DNA of 62,191 nt, counting the filler, from Sphacelaria rigidula (lineage: Eukaryota), in the NCBI GenBank assembly GCA_964200075.2. It is 6 parts of 6 records of this genome, joined end to end, with 100 filler letters (N's around TTAATTAATTAA, not from the genome) between each part and the next. Parts side by side here need not be neighbours in the genome. Positions count along the whole stretch, not along the records: positions 41,530 to 51,810 come from CAXNAA020006795.1; positions 51,911 to 62,191 come from CAXNAA020006796.1; 4 more parts are not named here. One strand, written 5' to 3'. Of the stretch, positions 48,657 through 62,160 are shown one piece after another. The number at the start of each line of letters is the position of its first letter. Positions within the stretch are counted from its first letter, which is position 1. The position numbers were made by a program, and so were the translations under genes. The notes under the pieces were generated by a model. The model saw only the letters and a list, made by a program, of their open reading frames with translations. It searched no databases and was not told the DNA's origin.

Positions 48657-51600
48657 CCTACGGTTCCAAAATACGCTAAAACGCTTTGCGGTACCGCGTG
48701 CCGGGCCGCGGCACAAAAGGGCCCGTGCATCTGCAGGAAACCGGGTGTTGAAAAGACCACGTAAAAGCCTGTATGAAGACCCGGATCTGGGCTGCTGCTG
48801 GAAATTATCAACCGTTCACTCACTATCGCTACGTCTTCGAAAATTACCGCTGACGGATACTGTTGCTATTGCCCCGGCTGGGATCATTCTCGCTGAACCC
48901 TGCGGTGTCAGTCGCATGATGGTCGCATCCTCAAACATTATCGCTGACAGCTGCACTGCCTTGTGGCTGAGATCGCTCTTACTGAGAGCAGCGGCGTCAG
49001 CCGCAGGTCTCGAAGTTTTCGGGCCCTGTGCCTCAAGTAGAATTCCATCGTCGTCGCCCAGAGATGTTTCCGTTTGGAGCCATACAGCGATTGTTTTCCA
49101 CACACCGGACAATAAATGATGTGAAAAAATGTACTGCGTAGAGTGTGGAATCTATTGCATGTTGCAATAGGCGCAATAGTCGATGCCGTACGCAGTACAC
49201 TTTTTTACTGTGTAGTCTTTTGTCATTATCTAGGGTGCGGTTTTTCCCCCAAATTTTGCAGTAGTTGCGTTTTATCGCTATGGTTTTATTTTCCCGAAGT
49301 GCGTACCACTGCCGTGGGACTTTCTACAGTAACGGCATATGTCTGTTGCCTTAGCTGAGATCGCTCTCGCAGAGAGACGATATTACTTTTCCCCCTGAAA
49401 ATCGTAGTTGCATAATATTGATTTGACTTTCTTCGAAATGTATACCACTACCGGAGGATTTCCTACGGTATCAGTATTAAGATTGTATCGTTTGTCGTGT
49501 GTACCGAATTTTTCTCCGTATGGGAATTGCATGGTTCGCTTTTTTCAATGTAGATCGGGCGGGCAAAGCTATTGCTAGAGACTTCTTCTCTTCTCCGTTT
49601 TCTCTGTACCGTAGTCGGATTGTGATGCAACACAGTGAGGTATGCGGCGTCGAGCACATTGACGATGAGTTCTTCTGTGCGTCATTTCAGCCAATATCCT
49701 CTGAGGGGTGGTCTCTTGTGTGCACCTGAAGGTTGATTTCTGGTATGGCACAGGATCAGCGCAGCATCATCAGTGTCTTCTGTGAGGCCGCCGCATTGAC
49801 GACTTTGGCCGATAATAGTTCGCCCTGTGCACTTGGGTTCTTCATTTTCTGCGAGTTCTCGTCGACTATGTTTGGGGGATAATGGTGAATGTTTTCTGTG
49901 CAGCTTTTTGATGACTGAGAAGGCAAAGTCGCGCATGCGACCGCCAGTCTACACACAAGAACCTTTCGTCTATCAAGGATCCCATTTTTTTTCTGAATTT
50001 CGAAAATATCTCCAAATCATATCTTCAGCTCAGGACGCTCCACATTTATTCTTTGAATTGGAATCACCCGAATTCGCGGTGGCGCAAAGCGCCAAAAACT
50101 TTGTCATAATTATTTTATTTATATTTTTCGTGAGAGTAGAGCAAAGCAATTATCTGGGCTGCTGACAGGCCAACGTTCCATCTCTCGAGCGCTGACAGCA
50201 TTGCGTCTTTACTTGACTTTTGAGTGCGTTCTGTTCTTACTTGGACTTAAATTACATACGCTGGTCAGAGAGTTTCCTGGCTTGAGTACATGAGGCGCCT
50301 AGCTGAACATGATCGATTTTGCATGGCTGTCGAACACACGTGATAAGCTTAAGGCGCTGCGCTGTCTGCGCTGTTCCCGGCTGCGTGGCGTTGAGATACG
50401 TTGTTTTATATTGTTCGCCCGGCTTTATTTCTTCTGGCAACCAGCTGTAGCTTTGAGGTGCGCTAGCGTGTCAGAGTGTCCGGATTGCTGCAACCTGACG
50501 GTTTTACTTGACAACACAGTACTGCTGTTGTTCCGGTTCCGAGTTCTGGAAGCGTTCCTCTTGCCTCTTTCTTTGTGCCACGTGTTGATTTTTCTCAACA
50601 CCACCCATCCTCTCCCGTTGGTGCTCGGCCTTCGCGTTGTTTGCTTTCGGTAAGACGAGCTCTAACCCAAGTACATTTGTTGCTCTGGGACATGACCGTT
50701 CACACATCGCGATGGATGTGCGAGTTGTGAGCGATCCAACGCTCCCTTCTCAGGTCAACGTCTCCCTACGCACTGTTACTCCGGTTCCGATTTCGTCAAT
50801 CCATCCGTCCACACGTCGCTGCTTGCATCGGTTGTTTTGAGTGGAAAACATGCTACGAAACCTAAACATTCATCTCTTGACGCTGAAGAAAATTGAGCCC
50901 AATACCACGTCAGAATGATCCATGCAATATAGCCCATGTGGAACCCAATGTCCACAAATGTCGGCTATCGCCACGACCGAAAAGCGTGTGCCCCAGTGAT
51001 GCACTCACCCGTGCTGCTGAAACGTTCGGCGCCCTTCTCTGATTCCCTGTATCAACCAGCTTGTATCGTCTCTCCATAATCGAAAAGGTCAAAATCTCGT
51101 GTTGTGTTCTATTGGCTATTATGATCTAAAGCTTCCAATGGCCGGTGCTTCTATTGCTGAGCTGTTGCATTGAGATACATGGACCTCAAGGAAAAAGCGA
51201 GTCAAGGCTCCTGGAGAGGACGAAACCTCCTCGGAGTAGCGCACAGTACTTTAGTAGTGCTGGTCTTGAAATTAAATATGCTACGACTCAGAATCTTGGT
51301 TCAGCTTGTTTTCGATCGTGCACGCCCAATGAAGCAGTCCAAAACAACCTGTGTTCCCCCAGGATGTGCTAATGTAAAACGAGCATTTGTTGTGTGTTTG
51401 TTTTCCTGAAGATTAAATGCTGAGAACATCAATACCTCGCTCTGGAGTAGGAGCACACAACCACGCAAAACGAAACGCGTGTGGCTTACACGTCGTTCCC
51501 TAAGAGTTGTGTGCCCTGCGATGTCGGCTGTGGGCGGGTCGGGGCAAAGATACACAGAACGGCCAAAGAAGCAAAACTGCACATGGAGCAAGTCCACACA

Positions 51601-51810
51601 CAGCATTCAGAATATCTGAAAAGGTCAACGTTCGTAGTTTCGGCACAAACCCCATAAATCGGCCAAACGTTGTGCGCGTATGATGTCGAAGTCTCTTCAC
51701 AGCACTGACTATATAGTAGTCAGCGTCAGAAGTTTTCAGAATTCGTAGTGGTCCTTTTTTCTGAGTTTTTCTGGAGTACCGTACTTCACTGCTACTTGAA
51801 AATGCTAGCG

Positions 51811-51910
51811 NNNNNNNNNNNNNNNNNNNNNNNNNNNNNNNNNNNNNNNNNNNNTTAATTAATTAANNNNNNNNNNNNNNNNNNNNNNNNNNNNNNNNNN
51901 NNNNNNNNNN
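51811..51910. other. Artificial contig linker
   Basis: N44-TTAATTAATTAA-N44. Confidence 0.98.
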
Positions 51911-52113
51911 TTTTTCATGAGTTAAGGGCAATAATCGGTTTTCAGGTATCACCAAAATGCCCTTAACTCATGAAGAAAAAAAAAAAGGTACTTCAGTAAT
52001 TTTTTTTCTTATGCCCTGTGCACTGTCCGTACCAAATTTCAGGGCCCAACTCTAAATGTATAAAAGAGCATGGGCCTGCAAACTTCAAGCCGCCTCTAGG
52101 CTGGCCCAGCTCG
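51911..52113 (-). mobile_element. Terminal part of the mariner-like element family of 18898-20101, cut by the contig start
   Basis: Reverse complement of about 18898-19107, ending GGCTGGCCCAGCTCG|TA. Confidence 0.85.
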
Positions 52114-53175
52114 TATTTTACACCTGATAACAACACGCTGTGATTTTTGAAGATGTTTCATGCGGTTTTCAGCAGTACGACCTTCTATATGTTACTCTGC
52201 TCAAATAACCTTGGTTGTCATATAGTATCATTCGCTATTTAGATGCCAGTGTGTAGGCCACGTGTGAGTATGTCATTGTCATGATCACCTCAACTTTTGA
52301 GAAGTCCGAGGTCTCAAATCCATCGCTCGGGGTGTTGAACCCATGCGATACCGTATAGACGCATCACGAGGGTGTACGGCCGACGTTCTCAACAGTGATA
52401 GTACAGCTGTTGAAGATAATGGTTCGTCCCCCGCCCTTACTGTCTAATCGAATGCTGCACGCCAGTTGCTAGTATACACTGTATACCGACTGTAGTTCGT
52501 AGTTATTACAGCCGCTAAAGATGACACAACCAATAACGGGGAATATGTGCCCAGCGGTTCAGCAGCACATGCAGAGGAACTGCTAACTTTACTGTCCTGC
52601 TCTGCTACGAGTACTGCTGTCTAAGCATGTGACGTGATTAGTGCTGTGCTGTTACTGTAGTGAGCATACGGAAGTGTCGCGTACGATGCAAAACACCACA
52701 TACATACACACACACATGTTCTCGGCGCATACCTGTCGATTGTGATGATCCCTGAACAACATCCTCAGCACCGACCACGGTAGATCTCAGGAAAGTGGAT
52801 ATGGAAAAACGTTGTAGGCTACTATATCCCACTCCTCTCCTCGTTGCACCAGCAGCGGTGGCGATGTCCGCAGTCAGTGGTGATCTGAGGCGGGACGAAT
52901 CCCGGCTCATGCTGATGCGTCCAGGATACACCCAAGCAGTGTGGCTGTTCTTCGGCACTATTGATGGCATCGACATAGTACCTCCATCGATCCAACTCAT
53001 GATGATGGTGGGACGGGTGAAGGTATATCGTGTGATAATCCTCCGCCCGCAGCGCTGCTACTGCTACCCTTCGTGTGCTAACATGCGAGGGTAGTGTTTT
53101 GTTTTTCAAATACAACTTTAACTTCAAGTATCTATTTCAGACCCGTGATCATACATGTTGGAATGAAAACACTCC

Positions 53176-53544
53176 CCCCGGTGGCTCAGTTGAACAAACC
53201 TCGAAACCTCACACCTCAAACCTTACCTTCTGACGTTTGGGTCGTGGGTTCGAATCTCGCAGCGATCTGGGATATTTTATCACACAATGCCCAACAGTGG
53301 ACAGCGACTATGTCGTGGGTACACAAAATTCGACGCAATGGTCGACGAGGGAAAGGGGTTGCTGCACCCCTCTCGTGATAAAAATCGAAGGCAAGCACGG
53401 CAGCGGGAAGGTGTAGAACGAAAAAAAAACAAAAAGGGAAAACTGCCATGTTGACCTTCCTCCTGTGTGACCCCGGCTGGTGCGTCCACATATACCGAAA
53501 AGTGTAGACCGTCGTCCACAATAAGTGGGACGACAACACGCACT
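53176..53544 (+). mobile_element. tRNA-derived SINE, family A, full length
   Basis: CCCCGGTGGCTCAGTTG...GGGTTCGAATCTC...GGGACGACAACACGCAC. Confidence 0.85.
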
Positions 53545-53695
53545 CGATACAGTACTGTGTTGTGGTGAGCTCAGTTTTCAGTCGGGAAACTAGACTGCGG
53601 AACATAGCGGGTACAAACAGTGATTATGGGTAAAATCAAAGGGGTGGTATCGGAGTATTCGTTCACTAGGACCGCACTGCCGCACTGTTTGACAC

Positions 53696-53734
53696 CAAAG
53701 GGTATGGCATTCTGCTAGAATGTCATATCCTTTG
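53696..53734. mobile_element. 39-bp minimal TIR element (P- or hAT-like)
   Basis: 18-bp arms CAAAGGGTATGGCATTCT / AGAATGTCATATCCTTTG with a 3-nt loop; perfect 8-bp TSD TTTGACAC. Confidence 0.75.
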
Positions 53735-53828
53735 TTTGACACAGAGTGTTGATGCAGGACAGCTACACAGACAGTGTTGATGTGGATGTGAGGGGGTCAC
53801 GAAGCCAGGACCTATCCCTTAGCCAGGA

Positions 53829-56800
53829 ATGTATGATTGGTTGTTTAGGGGCGTCTGGGGGGAGAATGGAGTAATGGTCCACGGGGGTGAGGCACCGGCG
53901 CCGGCTGGGGAACTCTTACTTCCCCGCTTGACAGAAGACGATTTAGAGTATGGGTTCTCTCGTTGGCCCGCGGGGGTTGCCCCGCACGTCTATCTCACGC
54001 AACTCCGGGCCCTAAAAGTATCGTGCCCGCCCAACTTCGCGTTGTAGAAGTGGAAATCGCAGCAGCGACCCCTCAGTCGTCCGGAAATTGATCATCAAGC
54101 GTAACACGGCGTCCGGTGTAAGGCTGCTCAAATCTCGACTCAAAGCACGCACCAGAAATACCGTAGCCTCGGGCCCCGAGGCACCCTCCGCCTGCAGGTG
54201 AGAAACGTGGAACATCACGTCCTCAATGCGAGCCACGATGTTCGGGGCCTCCGGCGCACCCGGCCGCACCACCCGCTGCAGGTGTTTCTGCAATGTTTCG
54301 CCCTATCTCTAGTCCACCGAGTGGGGTGCTCATCCCCAACAATGATCCGCATCGAGGCGACGGAATCCCTAACCCCCTTAATCAACGGCACTAGTTGCTG
54401 CATATCATTAGCGGCGTTGAGAGGCAACTTTGGCAAGTCAGCAAACAAATCCAGTTTCAACTTGTCATATCCCTGCGCGATTCGGGATGCACGCAAGGTG
54501 GGGAACACATCCATGGACTGAGCCTCAAAACCATAAGGCTCCGCCCCTACCCCGCCCCCACGCTCTCCCGGTGTATGACACCCACCAATACTCCCCTCTA
54601 TATCCGCATCCCCATTGGGACCTACCCACCTCTTTGCGTTGCGGCGTAAAAGCCTGTCTGCCCGAAAACCCGACGCGCTCGCCGTACCGCCCAGCTGCGA
54701 AGGAGCCCGCCCGCCCAGAGTCCACAACCGCCAACCTAGCGAGCACCCCCACACCGCTCCGCAGCAGCGGGAGCTGCTGCGATTTCCACTTCTGCAACGC
54801 GAAGTTGGGCGGGCATGATCCTTTTAGGGCCCGGAGTTGCCTGAGATAGCCGTGCGGGGCAACCTCCGCGGGCCAACGGGAAAACCCGTATTCTAGATCA
54901 TCTTCCGTCAAGCGGGGAAGTGAGAGTTCTGCACCCGGCGCCGGTGACTCACCCCCGTGGACCCCAGTCGCACTGTTGTCTCCCTGCGTCACCCGTGGAC
55001 TAGTAGCCGTCACCAGGCACGCCGGCGCCCAAGCTCTCTTTATCTTAGCAAGTGTCCAGTGGGATATTAACAAGTCGGGTTTAATTCATCACTCGATGGG
55101 TGTGGGTACGCCGGAGGAGGTTCGCCAAAAATGGGCGCGGTGGCAGCGCCGCCTCCGCTCTTACTTTACTGAAAACTACCCTCGGAAGAAATGAGGATTC
55201 GACGGTTAAGTTCTGGCCGCTTTACCGGCAGCACAAGGGTCAGTGCAAAATGATGCGCGTCGAGCTCGAAACGGTCGGTCGCCTGTGTCATTGGTTCCAC
55301 AGCAGGCCGTGCCTACCGTATGCGGCGACTTTTCTGTCATCTCCCACCGGCACAGTGTGGAAATTGGCAAGGAGGCAGGGTACCTTCTTCCTGGTGGTGT
55401 CGGTGAAGGTGAGGGGGTTGCTCCTGTTTTGGAGGTTGCCGCGAGGTCTGATCAACCTTCGGGGGACACTAGCGAGGCGGGGGCAGACCCAGCGCACAGT
55501 ACAAAATCTACCGCGCCTCAGTCGAGCGGGGTGGAGATGGACCTACGGGAAGGAGGCATGTTTCGGCGCAGCGCCCCGGATGGTCTCTCTTCCCGCAGTG
55601 GCGTGGGTGCACGGGTACAGGAGTCACTGGTGCAGGTCAGTTGTCGCGGTGGGCGTTGCTCACGTCCGGCAGACGCTATAATAGGAACAAGGACGGTCCT
55701 GATGTGATGGTACCGTCACATGGTGTAGAGAGCCCAGCAGTTGAATGCGTCCAGGGTTAGGGAAGCATGTCGCGCCAAGGCACACTGGGCCTTCGGTATT
55801 CTCGGCGCCGTCACCCTGAGAAGGGGGCGGTTTCATGCGCTACCATGGGGGGGTCTGCTCTCTCTGGCTTCTGGCCAGACTTGAGTGGGCCAGGCTTTGG
55901 CCGACTTCCCTTGCGAAGGATTTTGGTGGACAGGCCAACCGAGCTCAACACACTTCCGGAGGAGGTCACTTCGGGGACCACTGCAAGCTCTGTGCCACGC
56001 AGTGTGGTTGATGAACCCGACCACGCGAAACCGTACTGTCCCCCCCGAGGCACGGGAACATCCGATGCTGTTCGCCCTGCACGATTTGTGGCTGGTAATA
56101 TTGACGAAGGTAGTCCGATTTGCGTGGAGGAGCATATTTATGCTTCGGGCTCCTCGGAAAATCGTGTGAATATTCTTGATTTACCCGATCCCATTCCCTG
56201 TCAGATTCCGCGCGGGCGGCAAGGCCCGTACCTCTAGGAAATAGCGGAGGTTGCGAGTGGGTATGTCTCAATCGATTGCGCAAGAAACACGGCAGGGTTT
56301 AGGGTGTTTGGCGGGCCTAAGGCGTCTCGCATGTGGGATTGCTCGGCTTTGCTGGATAGCGGGAGCCCTGCGACGTTTATCCTGGAAAATGTATGAATGT
56401 CTTTGGTCGCATATGAGGCTGGATCTGGGGACGCGATGCGGGATATTGATCCTGTATCGTGGGCGAGTTCAATGGTGTGACTCTGAAAACATGCTCGCAG
56501 GTACGCTTGAATATCCGTTTTATGGACGGCTCACGCAAAGGTCGGAATTCAGGCACGAGTGTCTGTTTCGCGATCTACGCGCATATCGTGTCGGAGGGTA
56601 CTACGTCGTATATTTTACTTCTAGGTCGCGATAGTTTAGCTCAGTTTTCGGTACGTTCGTATCATGATGTTAGTGATATCAAAACTATCATGTCGCTTAA
56701 GGGGCCCGTTATGTCTGTTGGACCCACCCCGTTTGATCGCTGGGTTCCAAACGCCGTGAGCATGATTGAACAGTCGACGATGTCTGATGGGGACGTTGTC

Positions 56801-59800
56801 GTGGGTTTTTCAGGGGAAACTGAGCAGACGAGTTGACGTGGGTTTCCGTAACACTGCGTACGCCTGGAGGGGGTCCTGCCCCTGAGGGTAATTATCATGT
56901 GTATTTCGATCCGGGTTGGTCCCCCTCGGAAATGGTTGTGAAAGCGGGGGATTCAATAACTCCTTTACGTTTCACAGATATGGCGTGTGCAGTGGTCTCG
57001 CCTGGGATGAAATTGGGGTCAGCTGGGCTACCGTTGGTACCTTGCTTGCTCAATGATGCGAAGATTTTCAGGTTGCCGGACCCAGCATCGACTCTCGTAT
57101 GTGCAGTCGAGGCGGCGCAGCTGGAGCCGCCGGAGGCCATGTTCGGTGATTTATGTGCGGAGAAACGGTCCACTTTTTGTCGGCTGTGGGGACGTATTCC
57201 TCCAAACTTACATAGCATTTCTTTCGGATTACAAGACAAAACTGGTAGGTGGAAGATATTAATAAGTTGGCGGAAGTGCTGAGCAAGGTTTCTCACAGAG
57301 TTTCGGCGAATAAAATGGATTTGGGGTACTGCACGGTGGATCCGTTGAAAATCGAGCTGAAGCCTGGGGCTACCACCATCAAACAACGGCCGTACCGTCA
57401 CAACCCGGCCACCAACAGAAAGTGCAGGTCGAAATTGACCAATTGTTAGCGGCAGGGCTCCAGCGCCGATATTATTCTAGCTGGAGCTCCCCGTTGGTGG
57501 TGGTTAAGAAGAAAGATGGGGGCATTCGTTTGACGTGCAATTATCGGAAACTAAATGACGCCACTGTCATCCCTGTCCTGCCCATTCAGACTATCGACGA
57601 GCTGTTGGACGAGCTCGGGGGTGCCAAGACTTTTACCTGCCTTGATATTCTCTCTAGTTGTTTCAACATCTTCATTCACCCTGATACTATTCCACTCACC
57701 GCTGTGTGTACGCAATCGGGGTTGTACGCATGGTTGGTGATGCCCATGGTGGGAGCCCGGGGTGGTTTCAATTCATCATGGCTCGGGTGCGTGAGGGTCT
57801 GGTGCGTTGCCGGTTGTACATTGATGATCTTTGCACGTCCAATAAGAATGGGGCTGAACATGTGAACGATCTGTCGATCTTTTTGGAACGCCTCATCAAA
57901 TCCAACCTTGAATTGGCGCCGAAGAAGACTCACCCAGAGGGTGGTGAGGTCACTTTCCTTGGCCACCGTGTCTCGGCTGACGTGATTTCGGCTGACTCTA
58001 AGAAGGTAGACGCTCTGCGCCTCATGCCCATGCTCACCACTGTGACTGAGCTGCGTTCGCTCATGCGGGGTTTGAGTTATTATCGCAATTCATCCCCAAA
58101 ATGGTGGCCCGTACCAAGGCCATCAACGGGTTGTTGAAGAAGGGGGTCGAGTTTCATATCACGTCTGAGCATGTGGAAACGGTGCGCGAAATTCTGGGAG
58201 AGTTATCCGGCCCGAAGGTTCTGTCTTTTCCGGATTACGTTGGTGCGGTGTCGGGTGGTCGTCCTCTCATGTTGGTCCCCGACGCGAGTAAAGATGATTT
58301 GGGCGCGGTGGCTGAGCAACGCCATTCGGAGGTTGAAGTGCGGCCGCTGTGTTTATTTGAGCCGCAGCACTTTGCCTAACGAGCGTAACCGGACTGCCAC
58401 CGAGTTGGAAGCGGGTGCGATTGCGCGGGCCGTAAAGAAAACCCGGCCGCTGTTCTACGGGATTCCTTTTCCAAATTCACAGCGATCATCAACCTTTGTG
58501 CACTTTGTTCAGTCTCGCCGAGAAAGTGCCTGGGGTCCAGTGCTGGCAAGATTTTCTCCGTGCCTACACCTATCAGATCTTTCACAAGCCGGAGGCGTCC
58601 GATTCAAACGCGGGCATGCTATCGCGGCTTCCTCAAGATCAAAGCGAAGACGACGTAAGTGGACGGTTTCGAATCTCCGACCCGGCTGGTGTGGATGTTT
58701 ACTTTATCGACGCCAGTGGTGTGGCCCCGCGGGATTTGGGATCCTTTCATGATTCCAGCTTGGATGGGCTTCCCTCTGTGTTGTCTTGTCCCCGTGCTTC
58801 AGGCCTGAATGGGCTTCCTCCCCGGTCCCCGGGGTAATTTCCGGGGGGAGGGGGGGAGTGCACGTTCGGCCGCTCCCCTGACTTCGTCAGAGATAGCGGA
58901 TGGTACACGGGAACGTATTCAAGAGAGACTGGAGTCAACGAGATCTTCACTGGATTGAAAGGGACCTGAAGTGGTGAAGGGTGACTCACGGCTTCTCTCC
59001 CCGAGTGTTAACGATGTGGTGTGTGGGAAGTGGGAACCGGGTTCGTGCTTACATACATGCCTGCCCCGTTACAGAAGTGGGAAAATATTTATTACACGAG
59101 ACGGCGGGCTCGGAAGTTTTTGTAATCACGAATGGGGAGGCTGGGTCGGCCGAAGAGGACGGTTCGGGTACTCCCGCGCCCAAATTAGAGGCGACGGCAG
59201 CGCGTAATTTTCGGGAGCGATTGTGTGCCAGGTCAGCAAGTAACTGGGCGCATATCCAACTGACTGGCTTGACCGCTCGAACGACTGCCATGTATCTCTC
59301 GCAGGAGAAGACAACACCCTCGAAGGTAGAAAAAACAGTGGATAGCGGGATCGACGTGGAAGGACGAAGAGCTCTCTGTTGAAACAAGGATAGTTTGAGC
59401 TGACGGGCGGTAGCAAACTACTAGTCAAAAAGCTGACCGCCGCGTCCGTGGAGTCGGAGGATCGTGATCCGGGTATTTTTTAGCGATATCTCGGGGAAGA
59501 ACCGGTGATAACCTATGTCCCCTTGATGCTGAGGTCCTGGGTAATGGACCGAATGCACGAAGAAGCAATGTATCTCGGGGAAAAAAGAGACTCCCTGTCT
59601 CTTCTGCAACGATATTATTGGTGGATAATCAAGAAGAAAAAATGTGAAATTCCGGATTCGACGCTGCTACTAATGTCAGGACAAGATATCTGATGGATAT
59701 TTCTGTGCGGTGGTTGGTCCCTAGTCTCGCTGCCACCACCTAGTCGGCCAGGGCAAATGGTAACTCTTGATTTTGGCCCCTCTGCCTAAAACAAAGAGAA

Positions 59801-61340
59801 GCAACAGGCACATTTTCCTCACGGTGGATCTGTTCAGTAGGCACGCGGAAGCTTGCGTTCTCACCCCTGAAGAACACTCGGCAACCGGGTGTGCTGCAAT
59901 CATAGTGGGGGTTATGTGCCACGATGGGGTTGCCCGCACAGTTTCTTGTCGGATCGGGGGGCGGGGTTCACTTTCGCCGTGTGTAGGTCAGTGTACGAAA
60001 TTATGGGTGCTGTAAAATGGTTCACAAGCTTCGATCACCCTCAGACGAATGGGACGGTAGAGCGGTTAAATCACACTTCATGTCAAATGCTGTCTCATTT
60101 GGTGCTAGACGATCAAAGTAACTGGTATGAGTCTCTGATGCATGCGATCTCAGCACACAATAATAATATCAGTAGGGGAACCGGGTTGTCTCAAAATGAA
60201 GTACATATTCGACGCTACCCGCCTAGGCCAATAACCATCCTGAAGGGTCGTGGGGTGCGGGGGCACCAGGGTGTGAAGGCCGATCAGTTGGGTTATCTTG
60301 AGCTGATGAGAGAACGGCAGGTGAAGGCGTATGAATTGGTGAGGCAGGAGGATTTCCTAATTTAAACGAAACACGAAGCCAGAAACCAGGGAGCTGAAGA
60401 TATGGCCAACCGCCGGCCCAAATGGGAAGCGGCCCAGTGGGTCTTTGTGTGTGACGATTAGAGCACCATCGCCGCGGGCGGGTAAGGCAGTGCAGCTGGC
60501 TGTCAGTACGGCCCGGACGTCCTTGGCTTTGTCAGCAAAGCTGGCTCAGTGTTGGACGGGGCCTTACAATATTTGTTTTGTGGGACCGGGGGTGACGACG
60601 GAGGGTGTAGAGGTGGGTAAGAATTTGCTGTTGTTGGAGATCCGTCGAAACGAGCCAGGTGTCAACATGGGTTCCAGGGTGTCAGTGGCGAGGTGTGAGA
60701 AGTGGTACAATGCCCTTGAGGGGCCGGACAAAACAAGATTTTCGCCTTGCGGGCTTAGTCAGCAGTACGTGACGAGTGAATATTCCGAACGCTCGCCTCC
60801 TCTACATCTAACGGCGGAAGACGTCACGATGGAGTTGGACACACACCGGATACTGCCCGGAACATTGGTGAAGCATAGGCTGGCGGTACGATATACCTCA
60901 CGTATTGGGATGGTTTTGATTTTCCTAGGGGGGAGCATGAGGCCAACCTTGAGCAGTACGGCCGGCAGGGGATATTGAAATATTGGTCGGGTGAACTGGT
61001 CCAGATCACAGGCGATAATGCGCAATACCGAAAATGTTGCATCCACTAGCCGAGGCGCATAACGGCGCATGAGCGTGGTGGGTATTACGTGGCGCCGGGG
61101 TATCAGGTGTCGGGACGAAGGAAAGATCGGTCAGATGTTTACAATTCTGACATCGTGGGCTCCTATGTGTGTTTCAAAACGACCTTCGCAGGTTGGCAGT
61201 TGTCCGAGGTGGTGGGGCTTGAGAAGAACCCAGGTGTCCACACACTCTCCGCATAATGGATTAGGGTCGAAAATACGCTGTGCATCTCAAGTGGGCCACT
61301 CTCAATGAGAGCCGTGGTTCTGGCATATCCACATGCTGCG
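53829..61340 (+). mobile_element. Degenerate Ty3/Gypsy LTR retrotransposon internal region (gag-like, PR, RT, RNase H, IN, chromodomain); LTRs not found
   Basis: ALLDSGSPATFI at about 56346; SSWSSPLVVVKKKDGGIRLTCNYRKLND and YIDD; DASKDDLGAV and ELEAGAI; LSDRG...HPQTNGTVERLNHT; YLTYWDGFDFPRGEHEANLEQY at about 60894; many frameshifts and stops. Confidence 0.93.
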
Positions 61341-61569
61341 GAACACCGTCAAATATTTCGTGCATGGTTGGTAAATAGGCAGGGTGTTTTGATTTGCGTT
61401 GGTTGTGGTGGTTGGTACTGGTGCTGGCACATTCACATGCGGCGAAACACCGGCAAATGTTCCGCGCATGTTTGGCGATAGGGCAAAATGGACCGAGGTG
61501 GGACTAGACGTGGTGGGCGGGTGAGTTTGATGCTTGGAATCTGCCAATCGTGAGGGGGGGGGGGAGGGG

Positions 61570-62160
61570 CGTACTCATTTGTTGCTTGCTTTAGTCGTTT
61601 GACCATTGACCGCGCATCCCTTTCGAGACGGAGCACCGTTCCTACTCCTGATAGAGACACCTTCAACCTCCCGGCGCTCATTACGTTTCTTCCATACATT
61701 ACACAAAACCTTTTACGTATCTTATCCCCGTCCTATTCCGCCGTCTCTGACCACTATCTATCTCCTAGTATAACCATCATTTTCTCGCTACTGTCTAATG
61801 CATCAAACGATTGCATGCTATCTTCGTCCACGTCCCGCAATTCCCGCCCTAGCACGTCTCGTTCCTCCTTGTAAAGTTCACGTTCTGCAACTATGTGACT
61901 TCTGCTCTCCATTGCTTTCGCCACAGAGGCAGTTCTGTCCATCTACTTCCTCGTCCTTTCGACTACTGGAATATCTCTTTCTTCTTTCTGCCAGGTCGAG
62001 ATCCCCCACCCGAAATTTTAGTTTGAATGTTTTCGCCGCGTCCATGGGGCCATGCAGATATGTTTTCATTCCGGTCCCCTCTCTCAACAACCCGTATATC
62101 TTCAGGTGTTTTCCCTCGTCTACCTTGCGTCTGAGCGCTCCTTTCCCCCTTATTTCCACT
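61570..62160 (-). mobile_element. 5'-truncated LINE, ORF2 C-terminus with a CCHC-type knuckle
   Basis: YLHGPMDAAKTFKLKFRVGDLDL...NCLCG/ESRSHIVAERELYKEER; frame ends ...KGCAVNGQTTKASNK* then GTACG(C)n; G runs on both sides. Confidence 0.8.

Noticed and set aside
48800..51750. Degenerate coding region on the minus strand
   Set aside because: Several short ORFs but no recognisable motif; needs a translated homology search.
53645..53656. TGGTATCGGAGT as the tRNA-iMet primer-binding site of the Gypsy element
   Set aside because: Position is plausible, but no adjacent LTR or LTR pair could be identified, so it is not supported.
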